A stretch of 63,625 bases of DNA, counting the filler, from Trichomonas gallinae (Eukaryota), in NCBI GenBank assembly GCA_008369845.1. It is 5 parts of 5 records of this genome, joined end to end, with 100 filler letters (N's around TTAATTAATTAA, not from the genome) between each part and the next. Parts side by side here need not be neighbours in the genome. Positions count along the whole stretch, not along the records: positions 1 to 31,741 come from MRSU01000473.1; 4 more parts are not named here. One strand, 5' to 3'. This document shows, one piece after another, positions 1-9,986 of the stretch. The notes beneath the pieces are model-generated. The model made no database searches. It saw nothing but the letters and a program-made list of their open reading frames with translations, and was not told the DNA's origin. Both the position numbers and the translations under genes were made by a program. Within the stretch, counting starts at the first letter, position 1. Each line of letters opens with the position of its first letter.

Positions 1-165
1 GGTCCACAAAGACAACAACCAGACCCAGCTGCAAGATTTGGCGGTGGTCCACAAAAACAACAGCCAACCCCAGCTGCAAGATTTGGCGGTGGTCCACAAA
101 AACAACAGCCAAACCCAGCTGCTAAATTCGGCGCTCCAAGGTCGCAGCCGCCACGTAGGAATTAA
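1..165 (+). CDS. 3' end of a gene with 15-aa Gly/Pro/Gln repeats (GPQKQQPxPAARFGG); 5'-truncated by the window edge
   Basis: Frame 1 is open from base 1 to TAA at 163-165 (TAAA context). About three 45-bp repeat units. Confidence 0.75.
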   Translation, partial: GPQRQQPDPAARFGGGPQKQQPTPAARFGGGPQKQQPNPAAKFGAPRSQPPRRN

Positions 166-229
166 ACTCAGGTAAAATAGAATTTTTATTATTATCAAAA
201 TATATATTTACAAACAAAAAATTGCATGA

Positions 230-1600
230 TTAATCAGATAAGAAATTTCCATCATTATAATTATAGCTACTATCGTCATCTGATATTGGATCTTCTTCCA
301 AAATGAGTTTCTCTTCTTCCTTCTCTTGCTCTGTCGCTGTGTACTGCATCTTCTCAGGGACGTATGTGGTCTCATTCTCTTTGTCGTCGAATAGCAGGCG
401 CTCCATATCCTCGAGCTGTCTGCTGTGCCAATTTTTTGGCCAGCACTTGAATGGTGTTTCTGGGTCCACCGTCCGCAGTCTGGCGGTTGACTTATATCCA
501 GGCCGCAGTGCGTGGAAAGTTAGTGATGGGGGATGCTCATTGATCTCGATGATCGCGCGCATTGATATTGCAACGCATGACTCTGTGTACTTGTCGTCTT
601 CGTTCCAGCCAACTGTCAGCATCGTATCGACTAAAGAAAAGTAGTCCGCCGTCTGTGATATTTCTTCTATATCCGTATAAAAGTCCAGGTAGTTGTCGAA
701 TAACGTGTTGAACAGACGTTTTGGTTCAATTCGGCTAATTTTGATTATGTTTTCTGGAGGCCTCTTTTTCTTCTGATATAAGACCTCGCCAATAGCCTGA
801 AAGAATGTCAGTGAATCGTAAGCACCAGATGAAAATCCTCGTGTAAATTGAAAATGATTGACAAGCAATCTGATGTCTCCAATATTATCGGCCATAAGAG
901 CATCCATCAGATCATTCGTTACATATATGCCTTCCTGAATGCCCACACGCTTTAAAACACGCTTCATTACGGTTGGTGGCGCGGGATTAGTTTGTAATTT
1001 GAAAATGCTTGTCATTCTTCTGTCTTCTATTAGTTTATTTTGTGATGGATCTATTATCCATATTATTGGAAATCTAAATTCAGGTGATGTATTATATAAT
1101 CTCAAAATTTCAAAAAAAGAGTTTTCACAACTGTCAGGTACAATAATATTATCGAGAAGCAATATGTGTCTGTTAGTATAATTCTGCACGCATGACAATT
1201 GAGCGCGAGATAAGAAAGAAGATAATGTTGAAATGAAATTTGATCTGTAATGGCGAACATCGTTATCATATTCATTCTGATCTCGCATCTGAGAATCGCT
1301 CACTATTTCATTATCTGGAGAAAACTCTAAAATCGAAATCTGATCAATATTGCAAATCGTTTTAACAAGCGTTGTTTTACCACTTCCGCATGGCCCTTGA
1401 ATAACTATTATTCTTTGATGTGAATTAGCTAATTTAAAAACAATTTTGAAAAGATCACGTAATTCGCGAGGCTTTTTCTTAACTTCATAGAAAGGTAATT
1501 CATCAACCGATGTTGGAGCATACCTCTCTGTCCACAGCTGCGAATGCACCTTATTCCTCGTCGGATGCTGGCTGTTCAGGAGGTGTTTTTGTCGTGGCAT
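230..1600 (-). CDS. RAD17: Rad17/Rad24 checkpoint clamp-loader AAA+ ATPase
   Basis: LWTERYAPTSVDEL N-terminal motif, Walker A GPCGSGKTT, GDIR sensor, FFQAIGEVLYQK. Start placed at ATG 1600 (MPRQ) because the upstream in-frame part is the motif array. Confidence 0.85.
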   Translation of the reverse strand: MPRQKHLLNSQHPTRNKVHSQLWTERYAPTSVDELPFYEVKKKPRELRDLFKIVFKLANSHQRIIVIQGPCGSGKTTLVKTICNIDQISILEFSPDNEIVSDSQMRDQNEYDNDVRHYRSNFISTLSSFLSRAQLSCVQNYTNRHILLLDNIIVPDSCENSFFEILRLYNTSPEFRFPIIWIIDPSQNKLIEDRRMTSIFKLQTNPAPPTVMKRVLKRVGIQEGIYVTNDLMDALMADNIGDIRLLVNHFQFTRGFSSGAYDSLTFFQAIGEVLYQKKKRPPENIIKISRIEPKRLFNTLFDNYLDFYTDIEEISQTADYFSLVDTMLTVGWNEDDKYTESCVAISMRAIIEINEHPPSLTFHALRPGYKSTARLRTVDPETPFKCWPKNWHSRQLEDMERLLFDDKENETTYVPEKMQYTATEQEKEEEKLILEEDPISDDDSSYNYNDGNFLSD

Positions 1601-1609
1601 CTTTGGGAA

Positions 1610-1890
1610 ATTTTGTGACAAAATTAGGCAGATTTTTGACATGTAAAGTGCATATTTTGGCATGTAAATTATTTCAAAAATTTTATGACGTATTTTTGAC
1701 AAGTAAAGTTGTTTTTAAAAATCTTTTTTGACGTGTAAAAACAATTTTTACAAAATTATGACAGAATTTTCGAAATTTTTGACAGGTAATGTTATACAAA
1801 AAAAATCGACTATTAAGTGAATTTTTGACATGTAAAGTGGATTTTAAAATTTTATGACAGATTTTGTATTTGATTTTGTCATGTAACGTT
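1610..1890. promoter_or_regulatory. Bidirectional promoter region with an array of TGACATGTAAA-like motifs
   Basis: Copies start near 1637, 1658, 1697, 1729, 1780, 1826 and 1877, between head-to-head ATGs at 1600 (-) and 1904 (+). Confidence 0.6.
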
Positions 1891-1903
1891 TTCAAATTTT
1901 TTT

Positions 1904-2947
1904 ATGACTAAGTTATATGTTTCCAAGATCGCTGATTCGAAAGAGCAAATGAAGGAGATTTTTAGCGAATTTGGATCAGTGATTGATATTGAAGATGCTG
2001 ATAACAAAAATCAATATTTAATAACTATCAAATTGAAAAAAACAATTGCGCACATATTAAATACTTTAAGTTCTAGAAAAATTAGGCCATTTATACTTCC
2101 CTATATGGACTATAGCAAAATTGCCATTATATCATCAAAGAAAGACATCAATTCTGCTTTATTATATGACCAATTTAAGGAATATGGAAAAGTTATTTGG
2201 GTTTTTCGCGGGAAAACTGAAAGAAAGACTGCAAAAGTTTTATTTGAAACCGAAGACCAAAAAGAAGAATTATTAGCTAACAAAGATTCTTTTCCTGAAC
2301 TTAATATCACATCTAAAGAAGAGCAAGATGCAGAGAGAGCTGAAAAAGATATAAAATACAAGGTTTTTGTATCAGATTTGCCACCAAATACCAATAGAAA
2401 CACTATCAACGGTGTATTTTCTGTTTATGGTCCTGTAAAACGCGTAATGATGAAAAATAACAACACATGTGTCGTAACATTCGAAGATGAACCAAGCACC
2501 AAGAAATGCGTTGGCGCAGCAGATAATATTTATTTACCAGATGGACAAAAGATAACTGTAAGTCCATACATTAATCCAAACATCGTTGTGAATGGACTAA
2601 AAACAATATCGCCACAAACTGTATTTAATTTTATACCAAGCACATATCCAACATTGGCAATAAAAACAAAATATTCAAGCCAAGCATTAGGACAAGTGAG
2701 TGGAAAAGATATGATTAAAGACTATCTTACAAAATCAGGATATCTCGGGAAATTGCTAGATAAATTGGTCTCAATATATATTGAAAACAGTTCAAAATTA
2801 AACGAGAATGATTCCGTGGTCAGGCAACTATGCAATTTTATCGATGAGGAATTTTACGATCTTGCAACAGAACATTTAAAGGATAAGAACACAATTGAAG
2901 AGAGAGAATCTGCATGTGATGAGTTGTACAACGAATACTTCTCATAA
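1904..2947 (+). CDS. RRM-domain RNA-binding protein (about three RRM-like units)
   Basis: KLYVSKI...IFSEFGSV and KVFVSDLPPNT...FSVYGPVKRV...CVVTFED RNP-like motifs. Confidence 0.75.
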   Translation: MTKLYVSKIADSKEQMKEIFSEFGSVIDIEDADNKNQYLITIKLKKTIAHILNTLSSRKIRPFILPYMDYSKIAIISSKKDINSALLYDQFKEYGKVIWVFRGKTERKTAKVLFETEDQKEELLANKDSFPELNITSKEEQDAERAEKDIKYKVFVSDLPPNTNRNTINGVFSVYGPVKRVMMKNNNTCVVTFEDEPSTKKCVGAADNIYLPDGQKITVSPYINPNIVVNGLKTISPQTVFNFIPSTYPTLAIKTKYSSQALGQVSGKDMIKDYLTKSGYLGKLLDKLVSIYIENSSKLNENDSVVRQLCNFIDEEFYDLATEHLKDKNTIEERESACDELYNEYFS

Positions 2948-3348
2948 AAATGAATCTCTTATAGTAATAATTATTTATTTTAATTGTAAGTAAAAATTTA
3001 AATATTAAAAATTTACCCAATGATTTAAACACAGAAATACAACATACTGTCATGCATATATCAATATATACCAAAAATTGAAAAAAAAATCAAATTTTCC
3101 TACCTTTAAACGTTTAAAACCATAGTAATAATATAAAAAATAAGTTCTGTTGATATCTATCATGATTTGTTGACAATGCAAATATCCGGTTTGAATGTGA
3201 ATCAAATAATATGCGCAAACATTTATTCCTTATATAAGTAAATCATTCATCTGACAAAATTATGGCCCACATCTGGCATAGCTTTTTCCAACGAATCAAT
3301 CATTATCACTATTTCTCTCTTTAGAGTACTTATTATCACTATTTAATA

Positions 3349-3466
3349 ATGACACTTTTCGTGATGTAGCTTTGATTGTCACTTTTTGTAATGTCACTTT
3401 TCGTGATGTAGATATTAATTGTCACTTTTGATATTGTCATTTTTCTATTACTCATTGTCACTTTTT
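3349..3466 (+). promoter_or_regulatory. Tandem GTCACTTT/TCACT initiator-like array upstream of the DDB1-like gene
   Basis: Repeated GTCACTTTT and a duplicated CACTTTTCGTGATGTAG. The last copy ends just before ATG 3469. Confidence 0.55.
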
Positions 3467-3468
3467 AG

Positions 3469-6303
3469 ATGAGCTTTGCTATCTCGGAGGTTCTGGAACC
3501 GACGAGTGTAACAGCTGCAGAACTAATACCATCATTCAGTCCAAATGGCGATGTTCTCGCTGCTGCTCGCGGAAACAGGCTTTATTTATACCCGATTGAG
3601 GGTGAAATTTTAGGAACACCAAAAATTGTCACATTGTATGGAACAATTTTCAAAGTAATCCCACTAAAAACATCAATGGTATCCAATATTCTCGTTATTC
3701 TAACAGATTTGAGGTCCTGCATTTTGAATTGTGATGATGATGGAAATATCAACACTATTTCATCAGGAAATTTAACACCTTCGCCTCCATGCTTACCATT
3801 GGACGAGATAAAATACGCCGTCATCCCGTCCGCCTTAGTAATCAAATTTCACAGTAACGATCTCACGGTAATTCCAATCAACGGCGAAAGCGAGCTAGGA
3901 ACACCGTTTCCGATAACATTATCGTGCAAATCAATTGTTGATTTCGTCTTTATCGGTCCAATATCAAGAGTTACTCGACTTGCAGTTCTCACAAACGAAT
4001 TTCACGACAGCCCAAAGCTCCATTTATTCGAAATTGATCTTACAAACAACGTCGGCACAGAAGACATCAACCAAACTGTTTCTTTGCCGGAAGATACATA
4101 TATGATCTTTCCATATCTACCAGAGACGCACTCAGTTGTCATGAGCTTCTCTAGCGTCAAAGCAATAAGTGTAACGTACGCATCAGGACTTCCTCCAAAA
4201 CCTTCAAGTTTCACAATATTCACGCCAAACAAACTTCCTTGGCTCGCACAGATGAAAGAGAATTTTTATGCATTCATAGATGACGTCGGAACAGTCCGCG
4301 TCTCTGAAATATCAGAAGATAACACACTTAGATTTACAGATATCGGCAAAACGTCCATTCCATCCGCCGTCGTTGCTGTCACAGAGTCCCTCCTGTTCGT
4401 TGCAGCGAAATCAGGCCCCGCCTCCCTCTACGAAGTCCACCACACGAAGCTCGAGAAGAAGATGATCATCGACTCCGCAGACTCAGTCAGAGAGTTCACA
4501 GGCAACCACATCCTGTTCAACTGCGCCATCGCACGCTTGGACCGCGTCATCAAAGTCAGGCCGTCCTTCGTCCTCCAGATGAAGAACATGACGAACGTCT
4601 GGGCGAACGGGACACCTGACAACGACTACTTCGTTCTGTCGACGCCGCAGAACACGTTCTTCCTGCAGGGAATGGACGGCGTCTACGAGGACTCCACCGG
4701 CGACCGCATTACCGATGAGCCAACTATCCTCTTCTCTTTCGAGCCTTCTGTCCACGTCACGCCGACGAGGGCGAGCTTCGGCGACGACATAATGACTGGC
4801 GAGTTCATGTGCGCTGCGTGCTCAAGCAACAGCGTCGTTCTTGTTACGCCGCAAGAGGCAGTGCTGTACGACCTCGATCACACTGTTCTCCACAAGTTCC
4901 AAGGCTCGTTCAATGCCGCTGCGATGTCCGACAATCTCCTGGCGCTGGCGACAATAGACACATTGCGTGTATTTAATACAGAGTTTGAGGAGATAACTGC
5001 AGTCGACCTGATATCGCCGGTCGCGTCTATTGCTATACACAGGGGCAATATTTACGCAGCCCACTCATTTGGCCATGTTACAATCATTGCAGGTGGCCGC
5101 GCGCACACGGTGAAGTGTGACGGGTTCCACTCATCAGCGAGGGTGATCAACGACAAGGTGGTTGTGTTCGGCGAGATTCCTGTCTGCTTCGATGGAAGCG
5201 AGATGATGCTTTACGGGCAGCCGCGAACACTCGATGGATGCTTCCTAAACGGATCCACTGTCTCCGTCATGCGCGATGGCCTCTCATTCGGCATCGAACA
5301 AGGCGTGTCGACAACTGTAGCAACATTCAACGACGACAAAATGCCATTAACAATCAGAGAAATTAAAGGCGGCTTCGTCATGGCGTACGGAGACTCCTTG
5401 TACACATGTGGCGATCTTCAGTCCCCGAAGCACTTAGTCCAAAAGTTCGAGACTGATATAGTCGGCATCGAGTTCTTCGATGACGTTTTAATCGTTCTCA
5501 CGAAAAGGACTGTCTACCTCTTGGCTGTCGACTCGCCGACATCGGTATATACAGGCCCTGCCCATAAAAACCACCAGGATGCTGTCTGCTGCGGAATATA
5601 CAACGACCAGCTATATATCATGTACGCGTACTCGGTCAAGTTCTACCACATAGAGCGCTCCATGAACGGCGTCGACCTCGTCGACTCTGGCACGCAGCGC
5701 CTCGACAACCCGCAGCGCTTCGTCGCTGTTGCTACTGGCAGCGGCGTGTTTGCGCTGGCGGATGAAGACGGAAAAGTCAGAATATTTGGCGGAGCCCAAA
5801 TGAAGGAAATCGCGTGCAGTGCGACAAGCTACAGAATAACAAAGCTCGGCATTCTCGGCGAGCACATCATCGCTGGCACTCAATGCGGCGAGATTGTTGC
5901 GATCACGGCTATCAACGATGCTGCGAAACAGATAAGGATTGAAGCAGCGTCGAGCTTAGCCCTCGGCAACGCAGTCACAGCTATTTCGCCTGAGAGGAGC
6001 GGCACCGTCCTTGTCGGCCTCTCATCAGGCCAGGTCTTCGGTGTCAGGCAGATGTCTCATCCGCGCAACTTCGCGCCAGTCTACGAGGCCCTAGAGAACC
6101 GTGTCTACTCTCTCGGCCACTTCAACAAGGTGCTCGAACGCTCAATATGGTTCAAGCGCTTTATCATTCGCGCGGAGCGATTCGTCGACTTAGACCTTGT
6201 CAAGGACTTTATTGCTTTGTCACCAGACGCGCAAGAAACTGTTTTGGAAGTATCACAGATCAGCAGGGAAGATGCCCTTGCGACTCTCTCTCTTTATGCA
6301 TAA
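3469..6303 (+). CDS. DDB1: DDB1-like (DDB1/CPSF160/SF3B3 family) beta-propeller protein
   Basis: N-terminus EPTSVTAA...ARGNRLYLY...LYGTI resembles the DDB1 N-terminus. C-terminal FVDLDLVKDFIALS resembles DDB1 FIDGDLIESFL. Confidence 0.7.
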   Translation: MSFAISEVLEPTSVTAAELIPSFSPNGDVLAAARGNRLYLYPIEGEILGTPKIVTLYGTIFKVIPLKTSMVSNILVILTDLRSCILNCDDDGNINTISSGNLTPSPPCLPLDEIKYAVIPSALVIKFHSNDLTVIPINGESELGTPFPITLSCKSIVDFVFIGPISRVTRLAVLTNEFHDSPKLHLFEIDLTNNVGTEDINQTVSLPEDTYMIFPYLPETHSVVMSFSSVKAISVTYASGLPPKPSSFTIFTPNKLPWLAQMKENFYAFIDDVGTVRVSEISEDNTLRFTDIGKTSIPSAVVAVTESLLFVAAKSGPASLYEVHHTKLEKKMIIDSADSVREFTGNHILFNCAIARLDRVIKVRPSFVLQMKNMTNVWANGTPDNDYFVLSTPQNTFFLQGMDGVYEDSTGDRITDEPTILFSFEPSVHVTPTRASFGDDIMTGEFMCAACSSNSVVLVTPQEAVLYDLDHTVLHKFQGSFNAAAMSDNLLALATIDTLRVFNTEFEEITAVDLISPVASIAIHRGNIYAAHSFGHVTIIAGGRAHTVKCDGFHSSARVINDKVVVFGEIPVCFDGSEMMLYGQPRTLDGCFLNGSTVSVMRDGLSFGIEQGVSTTVATFNDDKMPLTIREIKGGFVMAYGDSLYTCGDLQSPKHLVQKFETDIVGIEFFDDVLIVLTKRTVYLLAVDSPTSVYTGPAHKNHQDAVCCGIYNDQLYIMYAYSVKFYHIERSMNGVDLVDSGTQRLDNPQRFVAVATGSGVFALADEDGKVRIFGGAQMKEIACSATSYRITKLGILGEHIIAGTQCGEIVAITAINDAAKQIRIEAASSLALGNAVTAISPERSGTVLVGLSSGQVFGVRQMSHPRNFAPVYEALENRVYSLGHFNKVLERSIWFKRFIIRAERFVDLDLVKDFIALSPDAQETVLEVSQISREDALATLSLYA

Positions 6304-6342
6304 AATATTATTTATTTTTTTCTTTATCAAACAAAACAAAAT

Positions 6343-7770
6343 TTACTTGTATTTCGAAGGCGAAGGCGGAGGCCTCTCGTAAACAGTGGACATCAAGATT
6401 CCTTCGATTTCTTTGGCAGTTTCATCGTGATAAAACTTGTTGCAGATCTCCACAAGTCCGCGGCACAGAACTGGCGAGTTCCTCATCGCCTCAGTCGCAA
6501 TCCGCTGGTTTTGGTGGCCCTTCAGGTTCTGGTAGTCTCTCGCGAGCTTAACTAGCTGCTTTTTTAGCGCCAGAACGAGCTCCTCGTCGTAAGACAGCAG
6601 CGTGCTCTTCATGTCGTCGCACAGGCTCTTGACGTCGCCGCCTTTGCCAGTCAGGCAGCCGATCAGCCTCTGCCTCATCTCGCCGACCAGGTTGGACACG
6701 AAGGACTCCTGGAACGGGACAACGGACGAGGAAAACTTCGCGAGCGCGGCCTGCTTGTTGATGGAATCTGGCAGTCTATCAACGACGGAGACGAACGACT
6801 GTCTTATTGCTGGAATCTCGTTGCAGATCACTGTAGAGACCTCAGGGTAGTTCCTGGAGATGCCTTCGACGTGGCCTTTAAACTCAGATGAAAAAGCGTC
6901 GACGATTTTGATTGGATCGAGTGGCTCTAGGTCGTATGAGTTGGATTTGGCGAGAATCATTCTTTGTGAGACGGCTTGGTAAACTGTGTTGACTCTTGAT
7001 GCGTAAATCGCGAGAATTGATATTGTATCTTTTATCTTTTGGATTATTGATGATGGATCGCGTAATTTATCCTTCATTGTGTCAGACATGCGCTTGACTT
7101 CCCTTTGGTATGCATCGTTAGCAACAGTTTGAAGATTTTCGAGAAAATCGAAAACAACAGCGGCTGTTGTCGCATCGTTGATATTTGATGTCTGTATGCT
7201 CTTTGTAAATTGCTCGTTTGCCAAATTTATCAAATTCTCGCACATTGGTTTCATTTTTTTCCACATTGTATCGAAAGCGTTGATTCCTTGCAATTCTCCC
7301 TTTTGCGCGATTGTGTATATCTCGCATAACCTTCTGATTTCGTTGCTAGATCCTGATATTGTTGTGATTTGCGATGCTTTTTCGGCGTAATTCACGAGGG
7401 AGAAGAATCGCTGAAGTTTACGTAGGATTTTGCATATTGCGTATGATTTCTGAAGATTTTCTGCGGCAGTTTTGATTTTTTTAAATGGATTTACAACAGA
7501 AATTGCGATTTGCTCTGTTTCATTCCTTGTTCGTGTGATTTGCTGCTTTAATGCAGTTACTCTGTCACGTAGAAACTTGACATCGCTTGCGTTCTGCAGC
7601 AGCTCGTCGCTATTCGCACAAACTGCTGAACGAAGTTCTTGATCAAGACTCTGCATTCGCGTCATGATCATATCTAACGCTTCCTGATAACTCCCCTGGT
7701 CAAATACATTTGTTGCAAACTTTATTGGCTCTATTTCCCCGTTTTCTAAATCTGAAATCGCTTTATCCAT
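6343..7770 (-). CDS. COG5: Conserved oligomeric Golgi complex subunit 5-like
   Basis: N-terminal coiled coil LDQELRSAVCANSDELLQNA...VVNPFKKIK...ICKILRKLQRF matches the COG5 N-terminal pattern. Confidence 0.75.
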   Translation of the reverse strand: MDKAISDLENGEIEPIKFATNVFDQGSYQEALDMIMTRMQSLDQELRSAVCANSDELLQNASDVKFLRDRVTALKQQITRTRNETEQIAISVVNPFKKIKTAAENLQKSYAICKILRKLQRFFSLVNYAEKASQITTISGSSNEIRRLCEIYTIAQKGELQGINAFDTMWKKMKPMCENLINLANEQFTKSIQTSNINDATTAAVVFDFLENLQTVANDAYQREVKRMSDTMKDKLRDPSSIIQKIKDTISILAIYASRVNTVYQAVSQRMILAKSNSYDLEPLDPIKIVDAFSSEFKGHVEGISRNYPEVSTVICNEIPAIRQSFVSVVDRLPDSINKQAALAKFSSSVVPFQESFVSNLVGEMRQRLIGCLTGKGGDVKSLCDDMKSTLLSYDEELVLALKKQLVKLARDYQNLKGHQNQRIATEAMRNSPVLCRGLVEICNKFYHDETAKEIEGILMSTVYERPPPSPSKYK

Positions 7771-7783
7771 TTTTATTAATATA

Positions 7784-7870
7784 ATATTCAGGGTTCCCCC
7801 TACTTTACTATTTTAATTATTTAGGGTCTCCCCTACTTTATTTTATTAATTATTTAGGGTCCCCCTTTTT
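7784..7870. promoter_or_regulatory. Three tandem TATTYAGGGT..CCCC units upstream of COG5
   Basis: Degenerate direct repeats with a period of about 33 bp, immediately upstream of ATG 7770 (-). Confidence 0.55.
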
Positions 7871-8869
7871 TATTATTCTTATAATTCTCATAAAGTAAGT
7901 CATTTTTGGTCTTAAAATAAAAAGGTCAGCAATTGAATACTTTACACGTCACTTTTGATGGGGTTTTAAGGTTAAGAGACGATATAAATTCGAAAAAAAG
8001 ACACGTGCGGAAATCGAAAATAGTCCGTACGAAAAACAGCCCACTTATTACACTGAGCTATTAATCATGATATCAATGAAAAGTTTCTGGGCATTTAATC
8101 ATAAGCAATACTTACACTTCCATGTTCAATTTCTCCTTAATCTCTGTTTAAATAAAAAAAGTAAATAATATAATCCATTATAATCCTATTATAGATTATG
8201 ATTATCGTTATAATTTGCGATTAAATCCACTTTTTGGCTCGATTTTTTCGAACTTTATAAAAGTTTTTAAAAAATTAGCCTAATTTTATATACGTTTACT
8301 TATATTTTTCGTGTTTTCTACTCATTTGCTGCATTGCATTATTGAGTCAATAGACACATCTCGGGCTACCTAACACATTTTGTTAAGATATGTTTAAGTC
8401 CAAGATGCTCTTTCATAAAATTTCTTCGATCTTCATAAAAACGTCAACTTACAATCCATTTTAACCTACAAATATAATATGTTCAACCAGTAAAAGATAA
8501 TGACCGCAGAATTCTCTTCTCATGCTAAACATTAACAAATTTTCAAAAATTAGATCTTAAGTTATCAATTCTTTGGCAAAAAGCCCTCAATTGGTGAGGT
8601 TTTTATTTTAAGGCGCAAAATGAGATACTTTACAAGGTAAGATATGCTCAGAATATATATAAGTCTTGATGGAAAAAGTTTCGAGCTATATAAGTCTTTC
8701 ATCATCCTGCAGATGTCATTTTAGAATATATTCATGTATTATAAAAAAATTTAAGCTGTTGTTATATAGAAATCATGTGATTTTCAACAGGGTATGGTTA
8801 ATTCTGGGCGATTTATGAAATATGCGCTTGATATATTAATATAATAAAAAATACAAACAAATTTATTTT

Positions 8870-9928
8870 CTAAATTCCATTCTCTGTATCCTGGGAGTCT
8901 TCAAGATCTTCTAAAAGTTTTCTGACTATAGGAATAGTCTTCTTCTTCTTCCTTGATTCCTGTATTTTTATCTCATTTTCAGGTTCAACACCAAATTGAT
9001 CCTGATCTGGGTTTGTTGATGATCTACTATCAATAGACTTGTATAGAGATATAATGACGCTGCCAGCAATTCCCAAAAAGATAGCAAGCATGAGATATAA
9101 AAGATTAGATTTCTGCTGCGATTCTGTTATAGGGAAAGCAACGAATCCAAGTAAAAACAGTAGAATAGACTTGAAATGGTCGATATATTGGAAATTAACT
9201 TTCGAATTACCAGTAAGCAAACTTATTGTCACAGCATTACTGATAATAGCAATGAATCCTGAAATTATTATTAGCGAAGATTCAGTATTTGTAAAACCAT
9301 GCGACAGAATTGAGTTTTCTGATTTAAAGTCTAATATGTAAGTTAAGACTAAAGAAATGGCAGATTCGTAGTATGAAATAGAGTGTTGTATTGTTGGACC
9401 TGATACATTATATCGTTTCTGTGTAAGAAATGCACAAAATTGAGAAAGTGAGAGAAAAACGACACTTAATGTAGCATAAATAACTCCTTTGACATATATC
9501 TGGTTATCTTTGATTAAATATATTACATTAGCGAATATTAGAAGAATCCAAGCGAAAATTGGATAAATTGATAGCTTTTCTTTGTTGTAAACAGTATTTA
9601 TCAAGTCTAATACGACATTTATCGAGAATTTCGACAGCTGGTAATATCCAATTGAGTTATTTAGAAGATTAAAATTCTGAAATATTCGCCCAGCAACGCT
9701 AATGCATGCAAACATCAATATTTTGATGCTAAACTCTGTTTTCAAGCGCGGAATCAGTTTGAAATTGACAGAAAGCTCGAGAAAAATAAAGATATTAAAA
9801 AAATGGTAGCTTGCGAGCGAAACAGGCCACGTAAACTCGTAGCTCATCATTATATGCTTGATGAGCAATATGATAATGGTTGAGCTTGACACCGAAATCG
9901 ATATCAAAAACAGCTCAATTGGATTCAT
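8870..9928 (-). CDS. Nucleotide-sugar/triose-phosphate transporter family (SLC35E/UXT-like)
   Basis: Multiple TM segments. FTWPVSLASYHF, NFNLLNNSIGYYQLSK and IDHFKS motifs. ATG at 9928. Confidence 0.8.
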   Translation of the reverse strand: MNPIELFLISISVSSSTIIILLIKHIMMSYEFTWPVSLASYHFFNIFIFLELSVNFKLIPRLKTEFSIKILMFACISVAGRIFQNFNLLNNSIGYYQLSKFSINVVLDLINTVYNKEKLSIYPIFAWILLIFANVIYLIKDNQIYVKGVIYATLSVVFLSLSQFCAFLTQKRYNVSGPTIQHSISYYESAISLVLTYILDFKSENSILSHGFTNTESSLIIISGFIAIISNAVTISLLTGNSKVNFQYIDHFKSILLFLLGFVAFPITESQQKSNLLYLMLAIFLGIAGSVIISLYKSIDSRSSTNPDQDQFGVEPENEIKIQESRKKKKTIPIVRKLLEDLEDSQDTENGI

Positions 9929-9986
9929 TAAAAAAAAAAATAACAAAAAAACACTTTTAAATCAAAATAAACATGAAAAATATAAA

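Noticed and set aside
1610..1890. Regularly spaced repeats as a CRISPR array
   Set aside because: Eukaryotic context, short degenerate repeats, no cas genes.
1601..1895. N-terminal extension of Rad17 and the 1683-1895 ORF
   Set aside because: They are translations of the repeated promoter motif array, with no protein-like signal.
6301..6345. Very short convergent intergenic gap with TAAA at both stops
   Set aside because: The UAAA poly(A) signal overlapping the stop codon is established for Trichomonas; not novel.
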